From NCBI GenBank assembly GCA_003209955.1, contig QCOD01000007.1, positions 2,208 to 66,207 of the forward strand: a stretch of 64,000 nucleotides of DNA. Reading direction: 5' to 3'. Positions within the stretch are counted from its first letter, which is position 1, and the number at the start of each line of letters is the position of its first letter. The position numbers and the translations under genes were made by a program. Source of the DNA: OCS116 cluster bacterium AG-430-B22 (GTDB taxonomy: Bacteria; Pseudomonadota; Alphaproteobacteria; MED-G09). The notes under the pieces are model-generated. The model did not search any database and was not told where the DNA came from. It worked only from the letters and a program-made list of their open reading frames with translations. Positions 47,188 to 56,579 of this stretch are shown here, piece by piece.

Positions 47188-48111
47188 ATGATACAACTTA
47201 TAATAAAAAGATTAGCAATAGCTATACCTACCCTAATAATAATAATAGCTTTCGTTTTTGGCTTAATGAGAGTTGCTCCAGGTGGCCCTTTTACTAATGA
47301 AAGAGCTTTACCTCCAGAGATTGAACAGAAGATTAATGAAGCCTATGACCTGGATAAACCATTAATTCAACAATTTGGTATTTATTTATCTAAAATAGCA
47401 AAAGGAGATTTAGGGCCATCCTATAAATATAAAGATTTTACTGTTAATGAGTTAATTTTAAGTGGTTTTCCTATTAGCTTAACTTTAGGAATATCTGCCA
47501 TAATTATATCACTACTTTTAGGAAGTTTATTAGGGATTATCGCTGCTATAAAGAGAAATACTATATTTGATTACGCTGTAATGGGTGTCTCTCTTATTGG
47601 TATTTGTGTTCCTAGTTTTGTTTTAGCGCCTATTTTATCATTGTTTTTTGGACTTTATTTAGGTTTTCTGCCTATATCTGGATGGAATGGAGGTAATATT
47701 TATAACCTTATTTTACCTGTTGTTTCATTATCTTTACCTCAGATTGCTATTATTTCAAGGATGATGCGGTCTAGTACAATTGAAACCTTAAATTCAAATT
47801 TTATTCGTACTGCTAGAGCTAAAGGGATTCCTAAAAGACGAATTATTACCAAACATGTTATAAGATCATCAATATTACCTATAATAGATTACTTAGCTCC
47901 TGCAACAGCAGGATTGATGACTGGATCAATTATAATTGAGCAAATATTTGGACTTCCTGGAATTGGAAGATACTTTGTTGTTGGGGCACTTCAAAGAGAT
48001 TACACCCTTGTAAGTGGTGTTATGATTTTATATGCATCTTTACTTATGTTTCTTATTCTTTTGTCAGATATATTAAGAGCTATTCTTGATCCAAGAGTTA
48101 AAATCAAATGA
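47188..48111 (+). CDS. Peptide/nickel (Opp/Dpp-type) ABC transporter permease, subunit B-like
   Basis: MIQLIIKRLAIAIPTLIIII N-terminus and the EAA-like loop (IRTARAKGI). Confidence 0.9.
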   Translation: MIQLIIKRLAIAIPTLIIIIAFVFGLMRVAPGGPFTNERALPPEIEQKINEAYDLDKPLIQQFGIYLSKIAKGDLGPSYKYKDFTVNELILSGFPISLTLGISAIIISLLLGSLLGIIAAIKRNTIFDYAVMGVSLIGICVPSFVLAPILSLFFGLYLGFLPISGWNGGNIYNLILPVVSLSLPQIAIISRMMRSSTIETLNSNFIRTARAKGIPKRRIITKHVIRSSILPIIDYLAPATAGLMTGSIIIEQIFGLPGIGRYFVVGALQRDYTLVSGVMILYASLLMFLILLSDILRAILDPRVKIK

Positions 48112-49007
48112 ATATAAAGCATTATAGTAAAGATGATTTGGATAACATTCTATCCGTAAAAGGTAATTCTTTGTATTCTGATGCCTTTAAAAGATTACTT
48201 AAAAACAAAGCATCATTAACAAGTTTAATTATTTTATCACTTATCACCCTCCTCTCCGTTTTTGGGCCCTATTTTCTTCAATATGACTTTTATGAAACTG
48301 ATTGGAATTCTATTTATCTGCCTCCAAGCTTAGAAAGCGGTCATTATTTTGGAACAGATGGAAATGGAAGAGATTTATTGGTAAGAATTTTATATGGAGG
48401 CAGATTAAGTCTTTCGATTGGTATTATTGCAACTCTAGTTAGTGTGATTATAGGTGTAACCTATGGAACTATTGCCGGTTATTTTGGTGGAAAACTAGAC
48501 ACTATAATGATGAGAATTGTAGAAATATTATATGCAATGCCATATCTTATATTTGTAATTATTTTAATGGTAGTGTTTGGAAGAAACATATACCTACTAT
48601 TTCTAGCGATTGGTGCGGTTGAATGGTTAACCATGGCTAGAATTGTAAGAGGTCAAACAATATCAATCAAAGAAAAGGAATTTATTGAGGCAAGCAAGTC
48701 GCTTGGACAATCATCTTTTTTGATAATAATTAAACACATTATACCTAATTTAGCTGGAACAATAATTGTTTACATAACATTAATGGTTCCATCAGTAATA
48801 ATTTTAGAGAGCTTTTTATCTTTTCTTGGCTTAGGTGTTCAGGAACCTTTAACATCATGGGGTGTACTAATTTCTGAAGGCTCAAGGGAAATGGAAACCG
48901 CCTGGTGGTTGTTAATATTTCCGGGCTTATTTATGGTTCTTACCCTAGCATCCCTTAATTTTATTGGTGATGGCCTAAGAGATGCTCTTGATCCTAAGGA
49001 ATATTAA
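48108..49007 (+). CDS. Peptide/nickel ABC transporter permease, subunit C-like
   Basis: GTDGNGRDLLVRILYG motif and an EAA loop. ATGA overlap with the B subunit gene. Confidence 0.9.
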   Translation: MNIKHYSKDDLDNILSVKGNSLYSDAFKRLLKNKASLTSLIILSLITLLSVFGPYFLQYDFYETDWNSIYLPPSLESGHYFGTDGNGRDLLVRILYGGRLSLSIGIIATLVSVIIGVTYGTIAGYFGGKLDTIMMRIVEILYAMPYLIFVIILMVVFGRNIYLLFLAIGAVEWLTMARIVRGQTISIKEKEFIEASKSLGQSSFLIIIKHIIPNLAGTIIVYITLMVPSVIILESFLSFLGLGVQEPLTSWGVLISEGSREMETAWWLLIFPGLFMVLTLASLNFIGDGLRDALDPKEY

Positions 49008-49796
49008 ATGCAAACAATATTAAATGTAAATGATTTGAGTGTTAATTTTGATACATCACAGGGTTTAATTAAAGCTGTTGATAATATATCTTTCTCTATA
49101 AAGAAAGGTGAATGTCTTGGCATAGCTGGGGAGTCAGGATCTGGTAAAACACAAACTTTTTTTTCTATAACAGGTATTTTATCTGATAATGGAAGTGCAA
49201 CAGGAATAGCAGATTTTAATAATGTCGATTTATTAAAACTTACTGAAAAAGAACTTTCCGAAATTAGAGGTAAAAAAATAGGATTTATATTTCAAGATCC
49301 AATGACCTCTCTTACACCTCATATGAATATTGGAAATCAATTGATCGAAGTATCAATGATTCATAAAAAAAATACTAAAAAAGATGCATTAAAGAAAGCT
49401 AAAGAAGTTCTAGACATAGTAAAGTTACCTAGAATAGAGAATTTACTTAAGAAATATCCTCATGAACTTTCTGGAGGAATGCGGCAAAGGGTTATGATTG
49501 GTATATCATTAATGTGCGACCCTCTTTTTATTGTTGCCGATGAACCAACTACAGCTCTTGATGTAACTACTCAAAAAGAAATTTTGAAAATATTCAATGA
49601 TTTAAAAAAATATAAAGATATAACAATTGCTCTTATATCTCATGATATTGGCGTTATTTCTGAAGTATCGGATACAATTCTAATTATGAATGAGGGAAGA
49701 ATAATTGAAAAAGGTAATTGTAAGGAAGTTTTAACCTCACCAAAGCATGAGTATACCAAACATCTTCTTTCATGTGTTCCTGAATGGATGAAATAA
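49008..49796 (+). CDS. Peptide/nickel ABC transporter ATP-binding protein (OppD-like)
   Basis: GESGSGKT Walker A, LSGGMRQR signature, ADEPTTALD Walker B. Confidence 0.92.
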   Translation: MQTILNVNDLSVNFDTSQGLIKAVDNISFSIKKGECLGIAGESGSGKTQTFFSITGILSDNGSATGIADFNNVDLLKLTEKELSEIRGKKIGFIFQDPMTSLTPHMNIGNQLIEVSMIHKKNTKKDALKKAKEVLDIVKLPRIENLLKKYPHELSGGMRQRVMIGISLMCDPLFIVADEPTTALDVTTQKEILKIFNDLKKYKDITIALISHDIGVISEVSDTILIMNEGRIIEKGNCKEVLTSPKHEYTKHLLSCVPEWMK

Positions 49797-50597
49797 ATGA
49801 GCCATTATTTATTAGAAGTAAAAGATTTAAATTGCAGATTTGAAATTGAACGAAATTTATTTAGCAAAAACAAATACCTTCATGTTTTAAAGGATATTAA
49901 TTTTAATCTCAAACAAGGGTCAACATTAGGTATTGTTGGTGAGTCTGGTTGTGGGAAATCTACTCTTTGTAGAACAATTTTATCTCTTAATAATAAGGAA
50001 AGAGGAAATATAAAATGGTTTAATAAAGATATTGATCAATTCAGTAATAAAGAACTTAAAAATTTTAGAAAAAAAGTTCAAATAATTTTTCAAGATCCAT
50101 ATGGAAGTTTAAATCCTCGAATGACTATAGGTAATATTATATCTGAGCCAATAGAAATTTATAAAAAAGAAAATGACCGAAAATTAAAAACTTTAAAAGT
50201 TTTAGATGTTATGGAAAAAGTTGGATTATCTGATCTATTATTTAATAGATTTCCTCATGAATTATCTGGCGGTCAATGTCAAAGAGTTGGGATAGCACGA
50301 TCAATCATAAATAAACCAGATGTTTTAATATGCGATGAACCAGTTTCATCACTTGATCTATCTGTTCAATCTCAAATACTAGAGCTTTTAAAATCACTAA
50401 AAAATACATTTAATATTACTATGATATTTGTTAGCCATGATTTGGCGGTTGTTAAAAGTATTAGCGATGAAGTAATGGTCTTAAAACAGGGTGAAATAGT
50501 TGAGAAGAGTTCTGCGGAAGAAGTTTTTAATAATCCTAAAGATGAATATACAAAAAAATTAATATCTTCAGTTCCAAGAATTAATAATATAGAATAA
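49797..50597 (+). CDS. Peptide/nickel ABC transporter ATP-binding protein (OppF-like)
   Basis: GESGCGKST, LSGGQCQR and CDEPVSSLD motifs. Confidence 0.92.
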   Translation: MSHYLLEVKDLNCRFEIERNLFSKNKYLHVLKDINFNLKQGSTLGIVGESGCGKSTLCRTILSLNNKERGNIKWFNKDIDQFSNKELKNFRKKVQIIFQDPYGSLNPRMTIGNIISEPIEIYKKENDRKLKTLKVLDVMEKVGLSDLLFNRFPHELSGGQCQRVGIARSIINKPDVLICDEPVSSLDLSVQSQILELLKSLKNTFNITMIFVSHDLAVVKSISDEVMVLKQGEIVEKSSAEEVFNNPKDEYTKKLISSVPRINNIE

Positions 50598-50602
50598 GTA
50601 AT

Positions 50603-50812
50603 ATGGAAGTTAAATCCCAAATAAAAGCAATTGTATGGAAAGTTTTAAAAAAAACAGGAGATGCAGTTAAAATAGATGATGAAATTGTTATACTTGAGTC
50701 CATGAAAATGGAAATTCCAATATCATCAGAATTTAATGGAAAAATTAAATCAATAGAAGTAAGCGAAGGTGACGAAGTTGATGAAGGTCAGATTGTAGCT
50801 ATACTTGAGTAA
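50603..50812 (+). CDS. Stand-alone biotinyl/lipoyl carrier domain protein (69 aa)
   Basis: Biotinylation motif ILESMKMEIPI within a ~70-aa hammerhead-domain pattern. Starts 5 nt after the oppF-like stop. Confidence 0.8.
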   Translation: MEVKSQIKAIVWKVLKKTGDAVKIDDEIVILESMKMEIPISSEFNGKIKSIEVSEGDEVDEGQIVAILE

Positions 50813-50815
50813 ATA

Positions 50816-51271
50816 CTAATTTAATCCTGCTCGTGGACCTACAGCCATTGTTGCTTTTGATCCTCTTTTATTTCTTGAAATATTTAAAATTGCTACTCTG
50901 TTATCTTTTTCATACACTAGAAAACTTTGTTTGGTTTGTTGTTCCATTATTAAAAACCAACCCGTATCTGGCATATGTTCTTTAAAGTAAGCAAATACCT
51001 CATTTGCATCGAGTTCCGAAATAAAGAACAATTGTCCAAACCAATTTTCGTCACTACCCATTATTAATGAGCTTGGAATATCAATTACAGTATTAGGAGG
51101 AAATGCAATATCATTGATTTGATTAAAAATATCCTCTTGTGTTACTTCAGGAGAAACATCATCACTTAATTGTTCAGTCATAGGATCGTTAGAATTTAGG
51201 AAAGAACCATCAAACTGAGCACAAGCAGTTAGAGAAAAAACTATAAAAATTATAGAAATATTCTTGAACAT
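50816..51271 (-). CDS. Hypothetical lipoprotein (151 aa)
   Basis: Lipobox SLTAC after a hydrophobic leader. No family recognised. Confidence 0.6.
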   Translation of the reverse strand: MFKNISIIFIVFSLTACAQFDGSFLNSNDPMTEQLSDDVSPEVTQEDIFNQINDIAFPPNTVIDIPSSLIMGSDENWFGQLFFISELDANEVFAYFKEHMPDTGWFLIMEQQTKQSFLVYEKDNRVAILNISRNKRGSKATMAVGPRAGLN

Positions 51272-51334
51272 AACAAACCCCTAAAAATATAACTTATCTT
51301 CTATTGATTCGGTGGATGTATAAAATAAATTAAA

Positions 51335-51715
51335 TTAAAAAATACAAGCTAAAGCAGCTAATGCCATTAATGCCCAAGAACCTATAGCCCCTCCTGCCCT
51401 TGCAGGATTTTCTTTTGGACCAAAACCATCTTGATATAAAATCCCATAAACATGAGCTAATCTGCAAAGAAAAAATAAGAAACCTAATAATGTTACGAAG
51501 CCTTCTGACCCATCATTTTCCAACATCATCATCATAATTAGCATTAAAGGAGCATGCTCAGCTAAATTAGCAAGTACACGAGATTTTTTTAAAAGTTCTC
51601 CGGTACCTTCACCAACAGCTGAATTTTCATCTCTTGCCATTGCAGTTTGAAATGCTAGATAAATAAATAATAAAGCAAGTAAACCTGCCCATAACATAGT
51701 TCTTTCTATATCCAT
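51335..51715 (-). CDS. MAPEG family membrane protein
   Basis: 126 aa, 3-4 TM. R..NL.E..P and RLAHVYGI patterns are typical of MAPEG. Confidence 0.65.
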   Translation of the reverse strand: MDIERTMLWAGLLALLFIYLAFQTAMARDENSAVGEGTGELLKKSRVLANLAEHAPLMLIMMMMLENDGSEGFVTLLGFLFFLCRLAHVYGILYQDGFGPKENPARAGGAIGSWALMALAALACIF

Positions 51716-51820
51716 AATAATTCTCCTATATAAAGTTCGCTATAATTTTATGATTCGTTAATAATCACAATAATTCAGGTTTTTTTTATAAGTATTAGTT
51801 TTTGTGTTTATAATAGATAT

Positions 51821-53053
51821 ATGAGTCTTACTTCAAAAATTCTAATTGGAATGTTTTCTGGTCTTTTGCTAGGATCTATCATTAGTTCTTTAGGACTTGA
51901 ATCTAATCAATATATAAAGGCCTATTTAATAGATGGTCTTTTATATACCGGTGGTCAGATTTTTATCTCTTTATTAAAACTTATGGTTGTCCCTTTAGTT
52001 TTCTTTTCTTTAACTAGTGGTGTTTCATCTTTAGATAAAAATTTAAGCTTAGGTAGAATTGCTGGTAAAACACTTGTCTTATATTTAATCACTACTGCAA
52101 TTGCTATATCAATTGGTTTAACGCTTGCAGTACTTTTTAATCCTGGAAATAATTTAGATTTAGAAACCTCAATTTCTTTATCTATACCAGAAAGTCCAAA
52201 CATTAAGGATATTATATTAGGCATTATTCCTTCTAACCCGATCAAAGCAATGGCAGATGGAAACATGTTGCAGATAATTGTTTTTTCTATTCTTTTTGGT
52301 ATTGCGATTAGATCATTAGGGGATTCTGTTAAATTAATTAAAGATGCTGTAAATAGCATTACTGAAATTGTATTAAAGTTAGTTATGTTTATTATTAATA
52401 TAGCTCCTTTCGGTGTATTTTGTTTGATGTCAGTCATATTTGCTGAAAAAGGATTAACAGTATTAGGAGATTTATCTTTTTACTTCTTTATTGTTGTATC
52501 AGCTTTATTACTGCATGGTTTTTTGACTTATTCTTTGTTTTTAATTTTATTTGTCAAAGTTAATCCTTTTAAGTTTTTTAATAAAATTAAATCTCTGATG
52601 TTATTTGCATTTTCGACATCATCATCAAATGCAACAATACCAGTAACATTAAAAACTGTTGTTGATAATATTGGTGTAAATAGAAAAATTGCATCATTTA
52701 CTGTTCCTTTAGGAGCTACAATTAATATGGATGGAACAGCGATAATGCAAGGCGTTGCAACAGTATTTATTGCAAATGCGTATTCAATAGACCTATTATT
52801 TATTGATTATTTAATGGTAATACTTACAGCTACTCTAGCATCAATAGGAACTGCCGGTGTTCCAGGCGTAGGATTAATAATGTTAGCAATGGTTTTAAAT
52901 CAAGTTGGATTACCAGTTGAAGGTATTGCATTAATAATTGGAGTAGATAGATTATTGGATATGTTAAGAACAGTTGTTAATGTTACTGGAGATAGTACAA
53001 TTTCTACTATAGTAGCTAATTCTGAAAATCAGTTGGAACGAACAAATTTATAG
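51821..53053 (+). CDS. Dicarboxylate/amino acid:cation symporter (DAACS family)
   Basis: 410 aa. SSSNATIPV and GATINMDGTA hairpin motifs, VNVTGDS. Confidence 0.92.
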   Translation: MSLTSKILIGMFSGLLLGSIISSLGLESNQYIKAYLIDGLLYTGGQIFISLLKLMVVPLVFFSLTSGVSSLDKNLSLGRIAGKTLVLYLITTAIAISIGLTLAVLFNPGNNLDLETSISLSIPESPNIKDIILGIIPSNPIKAMADGNMLQIIVFSILFGIAIRSLGDSVKLIKDAVNSITEIVLKLVMFIINIAPFGVFCLMSVIFAEKGLTVLGDLSFYFFIVVSALLLHGFLTYSLFLILFVKVNPFKFFNKIKSLMLFAFSTSSSNATIPVTLKTVVDNIGVNRKIASFTVPLGATINMDGTAIMQGVATVFIANAYSIDLLFIDYLMVILTATLASIGTAGVPGVGLIMLAMVLNQVGLPVEGIALIIGVDRLLDMLRTVVNVTGDSTISTIVANSENQLERTNL

Positions 53054-53082
53054 GTATAATTTATCAATAAAATGGAGAAATC

Positions 53083-54132
53083 ATGGAAAGTGAAGCACTA
53101 GTTGAATTTGGCAAACCATTAAAAAGAATTAAAACAGATACCCCTACCCCGCAAGGAAAAGAAGTTTTAATAAAAGTAACATATGGTGGCGTATGTCATT
53201 CGGATGTTCATATTCATGATGGTTATTTTGATCTTGGTGGTGGAAACCAACTACCTTTAGGCGGGACTATGAGTTTACCTCATACTCTAGGTCATGAAAT
53301 TGAGGGTGAAGTAGTGAGTTTTGGAAATGAGGTCAAGAATATTAAGGTAGGAGAAAATGTTGTCGCATTTCCTTGGATAGGATGTGGTAAATGCCCTACT
53401 TGCCATGCTGGCGATGAGCATTTATGTAATGCTCCAAGGCAGTTAGGTATTCAACTTGCTGGTGGTTTTTCTGACTATTGTCTTGTTCCAGATGAAAAAT
53501 ATCTTTTAGATTATTCTGGTATAAAGCCCGGTTTGGCAGCGACTTATATGTGTTCGGGGCTTACAGCATTTGGTGCATTAAAAAAAATAAATAATGTAAA
53601 TAAAGATGATCATATTTTAATTCTTGGTTTAGGTGGTGTTGGTATGATGGGATTACAATTTGCTAGAGCTATATTTGATTGTAAAATTTTAGCTGCAGAT
53701 ATTGACCCAAATAAATTACAAGCTGCTCAAGGTGGTGGTGCTGATGAAGTTTACAATACTAGCGATGAACTCTCTTTAATGAAACTAATTGAAGATACTA
53801 AAGGTGGTGTTAAAGCCGCAGTAGATTTTGTTGGTGCAGAAAATACTATTGATTATGCTTTTAATGGGGCTAAAAAAGGCGGACAAATTGTTGTTGTTGG
53901 CCTATTTGGAGGAGCATTTCAAAAACCAATACCAATGTTTCCTTTAACTGCTAAAAGTATATGTGGAAGTTTTGTAGGCAACCTTGAAGAAACAAAAGAA
54001 ATGCTTGAGCTTGTTAAATCAGGAAAAGTTGATCCTATCCCTGTTGAAACAAGAGATCTTAAAGAGGCAACAAAAACTCTTGATGATTTAAGAGAAGGAA
54101 ATATTACAGGACGAGTAGTTTTAGAGCCATAA
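53083..54132 (+). CDS. Zinc-dependent alcohol dehydrogenase family oxidoreductase
   Basis: GVCHSDVH, GHEIEGEV, structural Zn Cys cluster (CGKCPTCHAGDEHLC), GLGGVG Rossmann motif. Confidence 0.92.
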   Translation: MESEALVEFGKPLKRIKTDTPTPQGKEVLIKVTYGGVCHSDVHIHDGYFDLGGGNQLPLGGTMSLPHTLGHEIEGEVVSFGNEVKNIKVGENVVAFPWIGCGKCPTCHAGDEHLCNAPRQLGIQLAGGFSDYCLVPDEKYLLDYSGIKPGLAATYMCSGLTAFGALKKINNVNKDDHILILGLGGVGMMGLQFARAIFDCKILAADIDPNKLQAAQGGGADEVYNTSDELSLMKLIEDTKGGVKAAVDFVGAENTIDYAFNGAKKGGQIVVVGLFGGAFQKPIPMFPLTAKSICGSFVGNLEETKEMLELVKSGKVDPIPVETRDLKEATKTLDDLREGNITGRVVLEP

Positions 54133-54154
54133 TTTACTGAAATTAGGGGTAATA

Positions 54155-54922
54155 ATGACTGAGAAGTGGAAACATATCAGACCAAGCGAATATGATTGGG
54201 ATTATTTTAAGGATGTTAATGGTAGAGAAACATCTATGGTTAGGACATTAATTACAGGTGATGAATATATTTGGGAAGCCTCACTAAGACCTAATTATGT
54301 GGCGGAATCGCATTGGCATCCATATGATATAGTCCAAATATTTCTTCAAGGAGAATTTACTGCAGAAGGAGAAGGATCTTTTTATCCTGGTGATGTTCGA
54401 TGGGTTAAGGCTGGTGCTTCTACAATTGAAGGCGCTGGTAATGATGGATGTAGGTTTTATCTTATAGCTTTAGGTGGAGATATACCTCTTATGTGGGATG
54501 ATATATATGAGCTACCAGATGATTTAAAAGATGAATTATCGAAAAGAGGTAATCCAGTAGGTTCGGCAAATATAAATAAACTTGAATCTGAATTATTTCA
54601 TGATCCCGATGGGAGACCAACCCAACCTGTTAAAATAATATGTGATGAATCACCCTGGGTTATTGAGACAACATTTGAACCAGATTATATTGCAACAGAC
54701 CATTGGCACGCACATAACACTTTATATTTTATTATGGATGGAGAAATGCAATTTGGTGAGAATGAACCAATCTATAGGAAAGGTGATATTAGAGTTGTAA
54801 AAGCTGGTTATTCTTATGGGCCTGAAAAGCCAGGTAAAGATGGAGTAAAATTTATACTTATATCTAATGGAGGGCCAGTTGATTTGAACTGGTCTGATAT
54901 TACCCCTCCTCCACAACAGTAG
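54155..54922 (+). CDS. Two-domain cupin-like protein (internally duplicated)
   Basis: The halves share ESHWHPYDIVQIFLQGEF...GDVRWVKAG and TDHWHAHNTLYFIMDGEM...GDIRVVKAG. Confidence 0.6.
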   Translation: MTEKWKHIRPSEYDWDYFKDVNGRETSMVRTLITGDEYIWEASLRPNYVAESHWHPYDIVQIFLQGEFTAEGEGSFYPGDVRWVKAGASTIEGAGNDGCRFYLIALGGDIPLMWDDIYELPDDLKDELSKRGNPVGSANINKLESELFHDPDGRPTQPVKIICDESPWVIETTFEPDYIATDHWHAHNTLYFIMDGEMQFGENEPIYRKGDIRVVKAGYSYGPEKPGKDGVKFILISNGGPVDLNWSDITPPPQQ

Positions 54923-56177
54923 ATTTATTCATTTCTTCTTTATATTTTACTCCTGCAAACCAAAATAATGGTATTGAGAAACCAGATAAAATAGTAAAAG
55001 ATAATAATGTTTTTGTATAAGGAAACTCTACACCATTATTAATTAGCGTATCTATTATAACTCCTGCCCCAGTTGTTCCTAAAAACATACCAATCATATT
55101 CAAATTCAATATAAAAAAAGCTATTACAGTTGCTTTTAAATGTGGAGGGGCAAGTTCCTGTACTGTCGAAAATGTTGGACCATACATAGCCCCTAACTGC
55201 ATAGAGCCAATAGCCATTGATATCCAGAAAATAATATTATCTGGCATAACTAATCTTCCAGCAATATTAATTGGTAAAAGAAAAATCATAAACCAGAATA
55301 AAAACATTGGTCTTCCAAGTTTATATTTTTTTGTAAACCAGTCAGATCCAATGCCCCCAATAAGATTACCTAATATTCCAAAAACAACTATTATATATCC
55401 AGTGTATTGAGCAATTTCAGCCCTATCAAACCCTCTTTCCTTTACATACCAAACTTGATCATATACTGCTGCACCAAGTACAAAATGAAATACAACACCT
55501 CCATATATACATAAAGTTAATGCTGGTGAGTCTTTAAGGGCTTTAATAAGTTCTCTAGCGACAGATTTAAATCTAAGCTTTTTATTTGTCTCAATAATAT
55601 TTTTTCTTGGAGTATCCTTAATAAAAAACATTATTAGAGCAAAAACAACACCTATACCTCCAAGTATATAAAAACACATTCTCCAACCAATCAAAGGGCC
55701 TAGATATCCTGCAATAATTAAACTTAGACCAGCACCGATAGGTATGCCTAAGTAATATGCTCCTGATATAAATCCCATTTGTTCTTTAGGAAAACGATCA
55801 CCAAGTATAGATAATGATGTTGGGGTAAGAATAGACTCACCAACACCTATAAACATGCGGGGGATAAGTAAACCAATAAAATTTTTAGCAAGTCCAGATA
55901 CAGAAGTTAGTATACTCCACAACGCAACGCCAAAAGATATAAGTTTAGGTCTATTAAAACGATCTGCAAGAAAGCCCATAAAGAGTCCCATTATCGAGTA
56001 AAAGAATAAAAAGCCAAATCCAGTTAATAATCCAAATTGAGTATTTGTTAATCCCAGATCAGGTATAATAAAATTTGCGAAACTGGCAAGAAGTTGCCTA
56101 TCAACAAAATTCATAATATTTAGGATTATTAGGAATCCTAAAAATATATAATTTGATGTATTATTTATTTCTTTCAT
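54900..56177 (-). CDS. MFS transporter
   Basis: 425 aa, 12 TM. The GFLADRFNRPK motif lies between TM2 and TM3. The 3' end overlaps the convergent cupin gene by 23 nt. Confidence 0.9.
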   Translation of the reverse strand: MKEINNTSNYIFLGFLIILNIMNFVDRQLLASFANFIIPDLGLTNTQFGLLTGFGFLFFYSIMGLFMGFLADRFNRPKLISFGVALWSILTSVSGLAKNFIGLLIPRMFIGVGESILTPTSLSILGDRFPKEQMGFISGAYYLGIPIGAGLSLIIAGYLGPLIGWRMCFYILGGIGVVFALIMFFIKDTPRKNIIETNKKLRFKSVARELIKALKDSPALTLCIYGGVVFHFVLGAAVYDQVWYVKERGFDRAEIAQYTGYIIVVFGILGNLIGGIGSDWFTKKYKLGRPMFLFWFMIFLLPINIAGRLVMPDNIIFWISMAIGSMQLGAMYGPTFSTVQELAPPHLKATVIAFFILNLNMIGMFLGTTGAGVIIDTLINNGVEFPYTKTLLSFTILSGFSIPLFWFAGVKYKEEMNKSTVVEEG

Positions 56178-56212
56178 TTGATTTTTTTATAATTTCTTAT
56201 TAATTAATAAAT

Positions 56213-56569
56213 ATGAAGTTATATTTGGAATATACATTTTTCTTATTTTTTGTACTTATGATTACTTTTTCAGTAATTATACTAGCAGATGAAAAAGAAA
56301 TTGTATGTTTAAAATCCGATAAAATTCGTTCAGTTGATTTCAAAAAAGATTATATGATTTTTGAAATGCAAAAAAGAGACAAGTATAATATTACTTGTAA
56401 GGGTTCTGGTTATTTAAATTTTCAAAATCCTGTGATCATAGAACCTCGAAAGATGGGCAATAAAATTTGTTCAAATGATGCTTTAAAACTCAGAAATAAA
56501 ACTTGTTTTATAGATAAAATAGAACTAGTAAAAAAAGATTCTGAAGTAGATTCTCAATTAATAAACTAG
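56213..56569 (+). CDS. Secreted or membrane-anchored hypothetical protein (118 aa)
   Basis: N-terminal hydrophobic segment, 4 Cys in the mature part. No family recognised. Confidence 0.5.
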   Translation: MKLYLEYTFFLFFVLMITFSVIILADEKEIVCLKSDKIRSVDFKKDYMIFEMQKRDKYNITCKGSGYLNFQNPVIIEPRKMGNKICSNDALKLRNKTCFIDKIELVKKDSEVDSQLIN

Positions 56570-56579
56570 CTTATTAATT

